This document shows positions 36,161 through 50,953 of a DNA stretch of 64,000 nt, one piece after another; the first letter of the stretch is position 1, and the number at the start of each line of letters is the position of its first letter. Both the position numbers and the translations under genes were made by a program. The notes beneath the pieces were generated by a model. The model did no database searches. It worked only from the letters and a program-made list of their open reading frames with translations, and was not told the origin of the DNA. The stretch is taken from assembly GCA_965153455.1 (NCBI GenBank), contig OZ234493.1:17722213-17786212 (forward strand), read 5' to 3'. The DNA comes from Sphagnum compactum (Eukaryota).

Positions 36161-39100
36161 ATGGCTATCGCTTCCTTCAATCCTATTTCGTTTTCTGCAC
36201 ATTTTTCTGTCCTCCAGGTATTTCCTCTTCTTCTTCTTCTTCTTCCTTCTGTTAATCTTCGGTTTTTTTTTTGGGGGATGTGTTTCTCTAATTAAGACTG
36301 TCCCCTTCGCTCTTTTTCCACATGGGTCGTGTTCGTTTCTGTACAATTCAAATCGCTGCACTATCGAGAGAGCATGAGATGTGAAAATCCTTTTGGCTGC
36401 GTTTCAATTTTCTTTTGAAGGAAGGAAACTATCCTTCCTGGGAGTCAGGACAAACGATTCTACGTTATTGTGGTGTATATCGTCTTCCTCGTCTTGCTCT
36501 TAATGAAGAGTTTTCGTAGTAGTCCTCACTTGAGCTAACTAACTATTCACATCGTTGAGAATTTCTTTTAGAAAATTCTTCTCAGCAGCATTTTTCCATG
36601 AGTTCTTGGTGTTTTAAAGTCTTCATTGGAATAGCAGCATTCAAACCATAAGTGGCAAGAAAGATTTCTTGACGACTCTGAAGGGCTTTCCCCATTTAGG
36701 GTTTTAGGGTTTGAGGGTGGATTCCTGGAACATAAACCTAAACCCTAAACCCTATTGACTGCATTATGAAATGTTTCTTTTTCTAACCCTTTTTTTATCA
36801 ATGTCATGTGCTGATTGTGACAAACTACAATATATTGTCCTGTTGGTGCCATTTTGTTTGGCAATTTTTGGGATGACCAATATCACAGTTTACTGGCATT
36901 TTACCTTCAATATTGTTGAATTAACAACGCAATATGGAACAGGCATGCAAGTCATTCTTTTGCTGACAACAATCAATCCATGTAAATTTGGCCAGAGTGA
37001 TCTTGCCCAATTTTTACCCGGATACACAGTAGTAGATCTCAAAACACAATGCTGATTGCCTTGGATGGTGAAATAGCAGAGGGTGAAATGCAGTGTACAA
37101 CCACAAGCTGAAAATTGGTCTCTCTATCCAGCTCCATGGAATCCTCTGAAAATCAGCAAAAGAGGTCTGTGCTCAACTGCTTCAGTGGCCAACCCTGGAT
37201 TTTTTTTTGACTTTTTTTCTTTATTTTGATCAAATACAAGAACATGAGCCAAAAGCACAGGGGTTAGAGGAGCTCATCCTCCTCTTGCAGGCAGTTGTGG
37301 GTCCAACCAAGGCTGTCTGTATTAGACCCAAGAACAATGTGGAATCTCAAAGGATTATACTTTGGGCCAACTGCCTTGTTGCCCACTCTGCAATTGTTGG
37401 CAAGTGTTGATATCTGTTGTCAAGGACAAAGTAGTAGTAGGCATGAGGGTAATGAGTTGCTTTGGCAGAAAATGGCAATCAAACATCTTACTGTTCTGTT
37501 CAGTTTTTCCAGGGTGTTTCAAGATGAGGTTGAAGGCTGCAGAGTTGGTCCCTCCTCCTATCGATAATGACTTGCATGTATGACTTCCTGTCCACTTTTC
37601 TTTGAATGACAATTCCCCTCCAGGCAATGAAGATACTCTGCCTAAATCAGCAAGTATGAGAGCTAAACATCTGATCAGTCGCTTGCATGCCTGCTTTGTC
37701 TGTTTCATTGGAAAATCAGATTGTCCATGTGATAGCCTATCTTGTGTCCCTTTGTGGTTTATTATCACTTCTCCTTGCATTCAACAAAGGACCCCTGATG
37801 TGGGTGCTACTTGGTAAAATGAGCATGAGAGCTTGTTTGCTTGTTTCAAGCATGTCATTTGAACAAGTGGTGGGCAAACAGGCCATCTTGAGCAACATGG
37901 GCGCCACAATTTCTGGAGATGGAACAGTCCAAACTTTTGGCAATGATGATGAGTCTCTTGAAGCAGCTGAGTCTAGTGTTGCAGTATGCTTTCCATCCCT
38001 ACTGTTTTCTTTTCCTGTTCTTCTGTTTCTCCCAAATGCCATGAATGAATGTCCTTATAAAATGTAGATAAGATCAACAACCGTGAAAAGTTGGGATTCT
38101 TTCAAGAAATCTCATAGCAATGAAATGTTTATAAAGTCAAGGAATAAGTCTGTAAACCCTAAACCCTAAACCCACACTGGTGAATATGACTAGTTTGATG
38201 ACACTGTTGTTTGACCTCCTTTGGGATATTGCAAGTTGAAATAGATGAATGAATTTGGATAATGGTGGCAGGTAGTGGAGATGTCTCATTTTGGCAGGCT
38301 GCGAGGTATGTTGCAAAATTGAGGAAGAAGTCCAGGTTAGGCCACAGTTTTTCACTAGCTCCTTGTTGGATAGTGTGTTTGGTGTTTTCTGAAAGCACAT
38401 TGACTAGCATAAATGCTATTTCTGTTTATGAGTCAGTCTAGTCAGCCTTACAGATTGGATACTAGTTTTTCTTTTTTTAATGACAATGCCTGATCTGCTG
38501 GTGCTGAAACTGAGGATGATGATGATAGGTGTTATCTTGGCAGAGAACTGTCTGGAAATACATCTCAACAGTTTGTTACATATGGGCATAGAGAGAAGCT
38601 TTGCATGAGAGACTCACTTTCCAAATCTAAGAAATTTGAGGAAGCAGCCATTCGGAACTGATATTGTGGTGTAGTTACTGGAGAGGATCGCATACGATTT
38701 CTTCATAACCAAAGCACTGCTGATTTTCAGTCTGAGAAGGAAGGCCAGGTAATAAAGCCTATGTGCTGCAAAATTCTTCACTTACAATGTTTTGCAGTGC
38801 TCAGCATCGTAGCAGACTGCCCACCAACACTGCAATCTTTCCCTGGCCTATGATTCTTACTTTAGGGTTTTGGTTGCATCAGATATATTTGGTACAACCA
38901 ACCACCCAGTAGGAATCTGAGAATCAATGAATTGCTGTAATTGTAGAAATTATTAGCTGCTTTTTGCTCAATGTATTGAAAGAAAAGAAAGAGGCAAATC
39001 AGAGTACTGAGAAAGATCAAAGAGGATTTGTGCAGGGCTGTGATACAGTTTTTGTCACACCAACAGGAAGAACTGTGGATTTGGTTACGGCTTGGATCAT

Positions 39101-41609
39101 GGTGCACTTCCAACATTTTATTGAGATGCAAACTCTTGCTCAAATATTAATTAATCAAAAAAATAAATTCTCCTTTGGTTTCTGAAATAGTTTGAAGCAT
39201 TTCCTGGTTTTATATGAGATGAGCCTCCGCTTAACAGCTTAAATTTGCACTCGGCTCATGTACCCATCGAGTCAAAATTAGTGTGACAAATTTCATGGAG
39301 AAAATGTGTGTGTGTGTGTGGCAAACTCTTCAATTTGGTGCAGAAATCATCTGTGATCCTTTTTGTATCGCCAACAATGCGTCATACTCTTCAGGCTCTT
39401 CTGAACAAGTAGGGTCCTTCATACGTTGTCTTCTTTACCTTAATTTTTGTACTGTTGTGGTCACTCTTAGCTTCACTGTGGTTTTTTTATCAAGTCTTTT
39501 TTTGTCCTTACTAGCTGAGTTCCAGTCTTTTCGCCTGCCACTCTGAAAGTGAGGGTGATGGGACTTGACACATTTGTGGAATGGACAAGTGAAGGGCCAA
39601 GGTCATTTGAAAGAATCGCCATATTGATGGGGTTTGAGGTTATTAGGTACATATTCTTTGCTGACAAGGTGGAGGTGGAGGATATCACGGACAAGACCCA
39701 TTTCTTCTCTCTCATAGGGCCTCACAGCCATCAGGTAAAGAACTCACTCTCCCTTATATAAAGACCTGACCTGATCAAAGACCAACAGGTCTGGCAAATA
39801 AAAACATTGGGTATGCCATTGGCCAGCTAGACAAATTGTAAATACCAGAAAAAAAGCATGAAATTGGCAGCACATTCTGCAGTACAGGTGTGATGGGTTA
39901 TCAGATGCTTTTAAGCAAACATCTATCTCTCACTTCTAGTACAATCTGCAACACCTGAATTTGTGATAGTTTCTCTGGTTTAGGGTTTAGGGTTGGTGTG
40001 CGGTGGATTTCCCTTTTAGAGCTAATCTGGTATTTCTGGTTGTTGCAGGTGTTGGACAAGCTAAATCTTGGAGCAATCAAGGACCAGCCATATGGCACAC
40101 ACATGCATTATGCAGTGAGCACTAGTTTGTATGCACTCCTTCAGAATCTGTGGATGAGAAGAAAGAACCAGAGATTTTACACTGTGATCCAGATCAGAAG
40201 GAATGACTGACAAATTCTGAAAGAATAGCTGAAGACTTCCATTTTGTTGGGCATATTGTAGGTGGAGGGGACACCGGTCACAGTAGGAGTAGGTGGAGGC
40301 TTGGCAGGCCCAGGGTACTCGTTTATGCTTTCTACAGATACTGCAGGCCTTGTATGGGAGGCCATTGTAGACGCTGGTGCTGTCCCTATGGGTAGTGTGG
40401 CCTGGGAGCACCTCCGCGTTTGGCAAGGTAATTAATCGATTCCTTTTTTTCTCCACAAAAGCATGGAGTTCATCTAGATTTCAACCAATGGGTGTTAGAT
40501 TCTCTTGCATATCATATCCTGAGAGATCTACTTTGGGAAAATGTCCCAAATTCCAGAGTTGTAAGAACCAACCCCTTGAGACCCAATGTTTCTTCTCTGT
40601 TCCTGATGGGTTACAGAGTTGGAAAGGCAGCAGCTCTGATTCAAGATCAGCTTATGTTACTACCATTCCTATTGGGTGTTTTTATCACAGGAAGGCCAGT
40701 CCCTGGAAAAGAGCTAACTGATGAATTCAATGCTCTGGAGGCAGGCCTGTGGAGAACTATTTCTCTGACTAAAGGTGATATGATGCAGCAGATATGGTAT
40801 TCTCAGTTGGTGTCGTGTTTTTTTGCTGGTTCTACTTTTTTTCCACTATGAAATGCTCAATTGGTAACTACATTATGAAAACAGCCATGTGGGAAGGCTT
40901 GGTTAGGAATAGTACAATAGTAATGCTACTAAGAGTGAGGAGGAGGACAAATTGCAGGTTGTTATATAGGGCAAGAGACGATAGCAAGGTTGATTACGTA
41001 TGACAATGTGAAGCAACAGCTATGGGGGGTGCATCTTGATGGCCCTGTTCAGCCTAATACAGTCCTCTATAAAGAAGGTGTTAAGGTAAGCAAAAGTTTT
41101 ATAAGCTCTATATCAATGTGGTTTCTTCCCAGCAGTTTTCAGCTGACAGAAAAAAGCTCACTAAGATGTTTTTGTATCATTTTATTTTAAGTTTTTCTTG
41201 TATTACTGCATCTTCATTTGTGAAATGCTTTTGCCTGGAGAAAGAAAATGAAGCAGAATTCTTTTGTGGGTATTGTGGTTGTGGAGATCTCTCTGCATTT
41301 GGGAACTGCTTGTGCCTAGAAAAACAAAAAGAAGCAGAATCCTTTTGTGGGTATTGTGGGTGTGGAGATCTCTCTGCATTTTTCCATAGATATGTGGGTA
41401 TCCAGCTAAGGAAAAGGAGTACAAGGAGGATGCAGGTAGGAAAATTGACGAGCTGCGTAGAGGCAAAGGAGGGATCACAACACAAATATACGGGCCTGGC
41501 TTACATTCGCAGGCAAGCAGGAGGTGCAGGTCTCAAAGTGGAGATAGAAGAGGGTATTTCAGGTGTGGTTGTTGATGTTCCATTTTTGACACGAAGTCTT
41601 CCTCAGTAA
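36161..41609 (+). CDS. Plastid YgfZ/COG0354 (GcvT-like folate-binding, Fe-S assembly/repair) protein, 14 exons, about 425 aa
   Basis: Exons 36161-36217, 37291-37399, 37513-37577, 37882-37983, 38272-38305, 38675-38748, 39036-39101, 39344-39408, 39647-39734, 40049-40114, 40262-40427, 40691-40774, 40958-41085 and 41436-41609 join in frame (1278 nt). Motifs include SHFGRLRVTGEDRIRFLHNQSTADF, VFVTPTGRTVD and the YgfZ signature KGCYIGQE. The first three exons (transit peptide) are less certain. Confidence 0.92.
41222..41382. repeat. Direct duplication of about 80 bp in the last intron of the YgfZ gene
   Basis: GAAGCAGAAT(T/C)CTTTTGTGGGTATTGTGG(T/G)TGTGGAGATCTCTCTGCATTT occurs twice. Confidence 0.85.
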
Positions 41610-44414
41610 GGAATGAGGAAGGTTGTTTGCTGCCAGAAAATTCAATTTGAGTAAAAATGTTTGTGTGTGTGTTTTTAATTGTCCCCATGTTGTATGGATG
41701 CTCTTGCACAAGAGAAAGTGCTGATTGCCCTGGATAAAACCCTGGAACAAGGATGTAAATGGGTCTGTATGGAAACTTTTATTTTTGCAAAACATATATA
41801 CAGTTGAATAAGCTGAAGTTTGATAACTTTTTGGAAACAAAGTCTGATTTAGATCTGTGAACCCATTTTCTCTGTGGCTGCTTTGTTGAGATGCTTCCAA
41901 TGCTGTGTATCAACATGAAAGGAATATACAGAGCTATATTAGCTTGGCAATGGCCCCACATGAGTCTTCATCTATGGTGTGGAATTTTATAAAGCACCAG
42001 AAGATGGTATCTGATGCTGGCATTTTGGGGGGGAAAAAAAAAGTTTGTGAATAAAGTCAAGTATTCAGGGTGAAGGTTCTTCTTTCTTTCACAGGGACTA
42101 GTCATTGGTATTATTTTACCCTGCCACTTGTTTGAAAAGACGGGCCTCAAAACCTTGGCCTCTCATTCTTACTAGGATTCAGCATAAATGGAATCTACGG
42201 CCAAAAGTTTATTCTCCATTCAGATGCAATTTGACCCATGATCTGTTTGGTGACCTATCAGGCTTTTGAGGGAGGCTTTTGAGAGGGGCCTTTCAAGGGA
42301 CCCAGTAAATACCCTGATTTGCCGGAGGAAAACAAGGTTCTGGTTTCTTCTTCTGCAGACAGACAGAGTCTCCAGCACTGGTTTTGATTTATACAGGGTG
42401 GGTAGTTTGCTTTCAAGTCATGCTTACATGTGTTGAAACCCCATGAAAGCTTTCTTCTTTATCTTATGGTTTGGAACAGCTGTTATCGACTCTTATGGAC
42501 GAAAGCATGCTTTTGAGAAAGAGCAACAAAGGGGGTATGTACTATGTATCTGTGAATTGGCTTAATCTCATGCATCTGGCCTTATTAACTCTGGCTTGAT
42601 ACTGGCTTAATCATGGCTTAATCTGACTTCAAATCTTGTGTTGGGTTTAAGCCTCTCCTTATTTTACTCCTTGTATTGGGTAATACTAGCACATTGAAGA
42701 GACAGTTTCTTCAAGAAAGAGTGTGTGGGTGTGATGCAGGGATGAAGAAATAGAACTAATTTGAAATCAATCCTGAGTAAAAGCTTGGGGTGAAGCAGGA
42801 CGAAGAAATAGAACAATTTGGAAATGAAATTCCAAGGAAAGATTGGGGTGGTGGTGGTTGTGCTGGTGGTGGTGGTGGTGCAGGAGCAAGATACCACACT
42901 AGAAAGTTGGAAAGGGAAAAATCTGGAGGAGGGAGAAAAAAGCTGGGGTGATGCCAGAAGAAGCAAGCAAAGGTGAAGTGAAGGTATATGGAAATATATA
43001 GCATCTGGGAAGGGAAGGACTCATCTGGGCACCATTTTGCTAGTGTTTTCTAGTGTTTGTGTGCATCCATCCACACAAAGTCAAGTGGGTTGAAAGTGTG
43101 CATCATTGGGTGGGCCAGTTTTTTTGTGTTTTTGTTTTTGGGTTTTGTTTAAAATTATTTTTTTCCTTTTGTTCTTTCTCTGTTTGTTATTAGGGGAGGC
43201 TATATCTATATTCACCTCTTTCAGGTGATACCTACTACAAGCAAATATGGACCCAATAATTCATTCAACATTTCACTCATTTTATAATGATATTCATGAA
43301 TATTCAATCCATTGAAGTTGTAATGGAAAATTTGAACAACCAAGTGAACAATTACCTTACCACCGGGGGTTTTTTTTTTTCCAGTTTTCTCATGTCAGCA
43401 CCCAATGTGGCGATAAGCCATATGAGGATTTAGCTAAATATGGCTACAAATTATTTTTTAAAGTAATTTATTTTTTGAATCACCACTTTTTTGGAAAGAT
43501 TTGGGCAGATTTCTAGCTTTCTTCCTTTTAAAAATAGCCAAATTTAGATAGTAATTTCCAGGAGGTCTGCAGGGTTTATTCTCAGAAATGTTGAAGTTTT
43601 CAATTTTTCAGTTGTTTTCAAATAAATAAATTGTCGAAAGAAAATATTGAATCCTCAAGAAAATTCTGTTTTGCTGAAATGAAATTCTCAAAATATAATG
43701 AATTATTCAACAAACATGTGTCGAAGCTGCCAAGGTAGTAATAATAGGGTAGTGAACTAGGACCAGTGCTATTGAGCAAGTGGAGGTACATAGTTTTGTA
43801 CACACATGAAAGGAGCTTTTCTGCCTGTTCCGAATGGCTCGTGTTTTAGCCATGAGAACAACACCACCACGAGTACTAATATGAGTACATAAACCTTGAT
43901 GCTGCCCAAACACAAAAATTCTATGTCTTATTATTATACACACTTTTTGGGCATGTAACCGACACTAGGAAGCATATTACCTGGTGTCCATTACATGCCC
44001 AAAACATGCATAACAAGACCCAAATTTTTGTGTCCAGGCATCATTCATCTTTTTCTCCAAAAGATGTACTAGACCAAGGGCAAACAAGGAAATTTTTTTA
44101 AAAATAAAAATAGGACCCATTCGAATTTTAATGTCCTCTATTGCATATACATGTGCTACAATATACCATGATCCGTTCACTCTTACAAGAGAGCAAGTAG
44201 TGTGGTTAGGGTCCCCACCCACATTGCATTTTGTTGTTGTATCTACTTCGGAGATAGTGTACAGATGAAGCAGATTTTGACTTCGATGCCTGCACAGTGC
44301 ACATATATATACATATATATATATAAATTGTGCCTATATGCACAATTTCCCATGGTAGTAGGTACACCGAAAAATTGTTCCTTGCCACCATCTACTAACC
44401 TCATTCACCATCCA

Positions 44415-45030
44415 TTTGCAAATGTTGAAGGGTGAGGTCGATGGCATTGGGAATAATGGCAAAAGTGGATGTGAATGTTGAGGTTGTGGGGAAGATGGCA
44501 AAACGGATGCAAATGTTGTTGAAGGGCGAGGATGATGACATGGGAATGATGGCAAAATTGATGCAAATGTTGAAGGGCGAGGATGATGACATGGGAATGA
44601 TGGCAAAAGTGGATGTGAATGTTGAAGGGTGGGGAAGATGGCAAAACGGATGCAAATGTTGAAGGGCAAGGATAATGACATGGGAATGATGGCAAAAGTG
44701 GATGTGAATGTTGAAGGGTGGGGAAGATGGCAAAACGGATGCAAATGTTGAAGGGCGAGGATGATGACATGGGAATGATGGCAAAAGTGGATGTGAATGT
44801 TGAAGGGTGGAGATGATGGCAAAATGGATGCACAAGTTGAGGGGTGAGGGACTTGGGGGATGATGGCAAATTGGATACAAATGTTGAGGGGATGATGGAT
44901 GCGGGGATGATGGCAAAAGGGATGTGAATGTTGAGTGGTGACCGACCTGGAATGATGACAAAAGGGATGCAAATGTGGAGGGGTGATGGACATGGGGATG
45001 ATGGAAAAACAGATGTGAATGTTGAAGCCT
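44415..45030. repeat. Minisatellite with an 89-bp core unit, degenerating rightwards
   Basis: ATGGCAAAAGTGGATGTGAATGTTGAAGGG recurs at 44600, 44689 and 44778. It accounts for the His/Pro-rich ORFs on the minus strand. Confidence 0.92.
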
Positions 45031-46699
45031 TGAGGGGAGTGGAGGAAGGATAATGAAAAATTGTTGGGTAAAAAATAGGTAATTGGTTTGGTCATTAGAA
45101 GAGAAGTAAGTGAGAAATATAATAATAATAATAATAATACATGTGGCCAAAAAAAAATTCCCACGTTTCAAAGTGAGCACTCTGGGTACTTAGTACTTAG
45201 TACTTCCTTTCTGCAATTCAATAATGAGAGGTTCCAAATGATAAAATAAAACCTGACTACTAGTATTGGTATGTGGGTTAGGGTTAGCCCTACCTTTTTA
45301 AAATCTGCAAGGAAACAAAAAAAAACAAAAAGATAACAACATGCTCAGGAATCAGTAGTAGTAGTCAGGAAGGAAGAAGAACCCTAAACCCTAAACCCTC
45401 TAGAACCACAATTCAATCCCAACACATTTACATTGCCATACTTACAAACTCATGTTTGACATTAATTCATTCTCAAGAGGACAACAAGTCACCCAAAACA
45501 AACAAACAACAACAACAAAAGTTTTGACCCTCTCTCTCTCTCTCTCTCTCTCCCTCCTCCCCTTCCCCTTCTCTCCTTAGAATGAATATTGCCAATAGCA
45601 TTAGCCTAGGCAAGAAATGGTGCTCACTATTGGACCCATTAGTTTGCATGCGTCCAATGAGGTGAGCCAGCATGAGTTGAACAAGACCCAGTTTCTTTCT
45701 TTATTATCATCATCAAAACTTTATATATTAACACATTGCTATTTTGGAAAATGTACAAAGGTTTTTTTTTAAAATATATTTTAAAAGGGAGAATTCAAAG
45801 AATGTGAAGTTAACACAAACTAGATGACAAAATCTCTTCATCTCAACAACCAATCACTTGTAATAGGTCGGTCATGGCGATGGGGATATAGGTTGATGGA
45901 GGTATAAGAGTTTAAGGTCAATGTTGGGTGCATATCACTTAAGGATCATCTCACACCAGTTCTCTTTATTTTAATTAATATTGAGATTCAAAAAACCTCA
46001 AGGTTTAAAATAAAAAAAATTAAATCCGTGAATAGTCATTATATGGCTCTCTCTATTATCATAATTGTCAGATACAAGAAATTGGTTTTTTGATTAATAT
46101 CTATATAACTAAAAAATAATTAATTAATTACAATGAACCTAACATTAAACTTTAACCCTAACCTAAACCCTAACTTAGGTGGGTTGTTAAGCAATTTGAT
46201 GAACTTAAGGTTGCCAGCTCTTTCCAGGAATTGCCTCCACAAGTTTTTTGGACCACTTGATATTTGCCATGGTCACCTTAAGTGGTCACCTCCTTAAGGG
46301 GTGGGAGGGGAGGGATTTGACAGGGGAAAAGAACCACTTAGATATCCAATGGCGTCAAGTGAGAACACTAATATTTGCCCAACATTGAACTATTGTAATA
46401 AAATTGGTTAATGAATTTTGAACAATGAAAGTAAGGTGAATATGTTGGCGAGCAAACACTTAAACTTTCAAAGAACATGCATTCATTCTCTTGTCGATTT
46501 CAGCCTTGGAGGTTTAAAAGGTCTAAGTAGCTTTACACCTAGTGTCACTATAGTTGTTTATAGACCTTTATTTGGGTTTAAAACAAGCAAGGATAAATAT
46601 CTCAATCAAAGTATGCAAATTAAGTAAATAAATAAAATTCTAGCCTCTTGTGAATACATATCCTTCCGTGTGCATTTGGAATGCATCTTACAATTGGAC

Positions 46700-47300
46700 A
46701 TGCAAGACTTCATACACAAATATTGTCCTTCTTATTGCCAAATAATGTTAACTTTATTTCATACAATTCCATTCACAACAATGGATTGTGCATGATTTGC
46801 TTTTTGTAAAGTGAAAAAACAGGTGGTGGAAACATCCAACCATCAATATTTTTACTACAAAGAGTGATTACCCAATGTCAAACACAAAGAGGCAAATGAA
46901 CATGTAAAATATTTTGGGATAGTGGAATTTTGAACCCTATCGATGAACACCAAAAACCCATCTTTGATTGCGAGGTTTCAAAATCAAAACCACAAGTTTT
47001 AAAAATTGATTGTTTGGTTATAAGGTATCATTTAATGGTTATAAGTTAGGCAATGTTTGTTAATAAGCCATCTTTTCAACCATTTGGATGTTTGCTAACC
47101 CATGGGTGTTTGGTGATTGGTGTTTTTGCCTTAAGTAGATAGCAGACCAATGTGAAATATTAAAACATTTCCATCACACACTCCCCTTACAAAGGCCACA
47201 TGGTGGCAATCCTAATAATGGGCTTTACCAAAACCCTACTTCCACCATTATTTTTTATTCATAAATTGTGCAATCTATGTTACAAAATGTTCATTGGACC
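46700..47300 (+). mobile_element. Possible highly decayed LTR-retrotransposon pol/integrase remnant
   Basis: HTLPYKGHMV...IMGF...TL...LCNLCYK at about 47170-47290 resembles an integrase H-H-C-C zinc finger. Heavily disrupted. Confidence 0.3.
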
Positions 47301-49811
47301 TTGCATCATAGTGCACAATATTGGCCTCAACATTTTTGCTTTAGGTATGTTATTTTGTAGGCAAAGAATCGCATTTGTGCATGTGATCCTTGTTGATTTT
47401 GCTATTTTTCCAATTACCATGGCAACACAAAGATGCAAAAGTTGAAAGAATGATGAAGGGGAAAATTTTGTAATAGAGGAAGGAAAATAGTTCCACAAGA
47501 ACAAGAACATGTTTCACATCTCCCAAGATCCAATCATTGGAAATGGGCCAAAAAATCGAGCTTTCTAGGAACACATAACATTATATTACAACAACAATAG
47601 GCCTATTGATTGTGGCAAATGTTTAACTAAGGGCTTGAAAACAAAATGTGACTTGATAAAACACAATGTCTTTTTATTTTGTGATAATCATCATGATGTT
47701 ATTGCATTGAATGAGGGTAATGTTTGTAGTGAAGATGTTCTTCGTAAAGCTTTGGAATTGTACAGGCCTAAACACTCAAAAAACACAATTTTTCTTATTC
47801 ATTCATTGTTGGTTGATCTTCAAAGATATACTTTAATGGGTAGTAACAAGAAAAAAAAGTTGAAAAAGTATGCCCATGATGAAGAGGCCTAGACTTTTGC
47901 TTGCAATAGATGTAGACATTGTTAGTGAGTTTATTTGAGAAAAAATGAAATTAGCTAAAGGGCCTAATTGTGGTTCTAAACTTGAAGTGTCCACAATGTT
48001 CTTGTGAAACAAAAGATGACCAAAAGATTAAAGAATGAAATAATGTGTAAGTAGGCTACAAACAAAGGCCATTGCTAACATCGCAACTATTACGTTGAAA
48101 AAGACGTTCATTTTATGACTCATGATGATTAGGTGCCAAATGTGGAAGCATGTGAAGTTGAAGCATTGCCTTCAACTTCAACATCCATGCTCCCCCCCCC
48201 CCCCCCCCCCCCAAATTGCACCAATCACACATGTTTGTGCATCAACCCCTTTTGCATTAGCATCGGCTCCATTAGGTTCATTGCCAATGAAACAATAGAG
48301 GAATAAGGTACTTATGATTTATTTTCATTTTGAGCTTTGTGTGATTTTTTCTCATGGAGAAGCGTTTGAATTTTTTTATAAAGCGATTGGCACAAAATGT
48401 GTGTTCTTTGCAATTTTTCCCATGGCTTGTAATTTTTTGTGAAAATCAATCATGACTAGAATTTGAAGGTGCTTGTGATTTTTTTGAGCTTTAAGACAAA
48501 GGTATCATTGGGTGGTGCCATTAGAAACATAACACCTTCATTTTACTAAACCCATTGAACTTTTGAAAAATATATGAAATTATTAAATAAAAATTTTCAT
48601 TTGATTTTTTTGTGTACATTTATTAGGTTATATAAACTTTGAAACATTAATGATATCAAAAATATTTTGTATTTTGATGTTTTTAATCATTGTATTCAAA
48701 AAAAATTAAAAATGTAATGGTCTTTCCTTTCTTGGAACTTTTTGGTCATGAACACAAGTTTGAAACATGTTTTGCTTTTTTTTTTAAATACCTTTGATAA
48801 TATTATATATATTCTAATGTAATTGAATATATATAATTTAGTTATGAAGTTTCAAAGTTTAAGAATGTGAACCCTTGAAGGACCATGACAATTAGGGTGG
48901 AAAATTTGTATCAATTTTCATTTTTTTATTTTAATAAAAACTTATGTTCATACATTTGTGCATATAATGAATAAACATGAAAAGAAAATTTATAATTATG
49001 AAAAAAAATTTAAGAAAAGAACTCAAAAATAATATCTAACCACTTGTGGTTCTTCAACCATTCCTAGAGATGGCTCCTAATGTTATGACCCAATGAAACT
49101 TTTGCATTTCAGAAATCGTTAGAAAAAGAAGAAAATACTTGTGATTTTTGTTTGCCTTGATTTGTGGCCAAATCTTGATGGTGCTTACATATCTTTGTGA
49201 GCTTTGATGATGGCATACTTGAAACATGCCAAAAAAAAATTAAAAATCCAATGATTGCAATTAATGTGACTACATGGCTTGTTGTTACTTGAATGCTAGT
49301 GTTGATTTTGCTCAAACAAACACATTTCATGATAAGCTTTGATAAAGGGCTCGGGATCATATTGTTGCAATGTGTGTTTGGAACATAGGTAACGGATGGA
49401 GAGGGCCTTATTGCGTCTTCCAAAAAGCCTTTGAAGTTCAAAGCTTGAACTTGGTTGCCAATAGCTACTACTCCTCTTCCATTGCTTTCACTATAGTGTA
49501 TACGAAGGATGTTGTGATCATGAATCTTACAAGTCCTAGAAATTTATTAACTCCGGTGTCCAATCTTTGCATGATTGGCATTACGGGTGTTTTATTTTGA
49601 TATGGAACTCCACATATGATTGAGAAATTATGGGGGATTTTATTTATTTTTCCTTCTTTTCTTCTTCTTCTTCTTCTTTTGCCAGGTGAATTAAATGTGG
49701 AGCTTGGGATACACAATATATTCACCATTACTAATGGTGATGAATCCATTAAAGTGCTGGAGGAATGTAGCCATCAATGCTATGACTTTGCAAGGGCCCG
49801 TATGAAGTGTA

Positions 49812-50090
49812 GTATAAATGGGTGGCCAAATTTATTTGAGACAATCATATGAAATTGTAGAGAATGGCAAATAAATTGGTGCCAAATTTATTTGAGACAA
49901 TTATATGAAATTGTAGAGAATGGCAAATAAATTGGTGCCAAATTTATTTGAGACAATTATATGAAATTGTAGAGAATGGCCAATAAATTGGTGCCAAATT
50001 TATTTGAGACAATTATATGAAATTGTAGACAATGGCCAATAAATTGGTGCCAAATTTATTTGAGACAATTATATGAAATTGTAGACAATG
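49812..50090. repeat. 56-bp tandem repeat, 5 copies
   Basis: GCCAAATTTATTTGAGACAAT at 49825, 49881, 49937, 49993 and 50049. Confidence 0.95.
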
Positions 50091-50916
50091 GAAAACAAAT
50101 TTGTATAGGATGGAAGCAAATGGTTGCAATTTGAAATTTGCTACACATAGCCTATTCTTTCACCGTTGCAATTTGCAATAAGTTGCAATAGTGAAACAAT
50201 GGGCTATGTCTAGAATGGGTAAGGTGGGGATGCCTTGGGTTTTATTGAGTGTAAAGACCTCCTCCAAATTTTTATTCTTTTGTTTTTTTTTTTTTTTCGT
50301 GTGTTGCCCATTGGGTATTATGTGAAAAAGGAGAGTGATCCTACAAGTGTTTTGTTTTTTTTTTTTGAAATGCCCATTCAAAAGTTACACTACAAAAAAA
50401 ACCCCAAAAAAAAAAAAAAGTTACACTACATCAGTTGGCCTCCTACTACACTAAAAGTTTATTGGAGCAGGTCTTTATGGTTATTAATTAGGAGCTTTAA
50501 ACAGAAACCTTAATAACATCAGACTAGTGAGTGAGAGGGTTTAGGGTTCTTCACGTTTCATCAAAGAGTGTGAATACACATTTACATCATGGTCAAAATC
50601 TCGCATTTACCAGTTTGTCAAAATTTCTCATCACTATAATTACTTAGGGGTGCATCCAATTTTTATTTATTATTTTGATAATTCATTGAGGGTTTTGAAA
50701 TAATGAGAACCGATGGTTTTTTTTTTTCTAATTTAAAAAATAAAATCATGGAACCATTGGTGCTTCGATTTTGAATTTTTCAAATATCTGGAACTGAGGG
50801 TTACAAATAATAATGTCCTCACTCAAACCGATATAGTTTCACTAGTTGTCATTTCTTGAGCGAGTGGCCATGACAATTGTGGCCCAAGCAAAGGTCAGGC
50901 TAAATTGTTGTTGATG

Positions 50917-50953
<37 letters not shown>

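Noticed and set aside
8951-41609. Ferredoxin and YgfZ as an Fe-S functional cluster
   Set aside because: They are 27 kb apart and separated by mobile debris. Nothing in the sequence supports co-regulation.
44334-45180. His/Pro-rich ORFs of 276 and 259 aa
   Set aside because: They are products of the 89-bp minisatellite and are open in all three minus frames.
45615-45675. Hairpin GCTCAC-ATTGGAC...GTCCAAT-GTGAGC as a miRNA precursor
   Set aside because: The stem is short and bulged, and I recognise no known mature miRNA. It cannot be supported without small-RNA data.
36695-46175. Scattered (TTTAGGG/CCCTAAA)n runs as telomere-fusion scars
   Set aside because: Each has only 2-3 units, as is common for telobox-like motifs in plant introns and promoters.
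49812-50090. Regular 56-bp repeats resembling a CRISPR array
   Set aside because: The units are identical end to end with no unique spacers, there are no cas genes, and the context is eukaryotic. It is a plain minisatellite.
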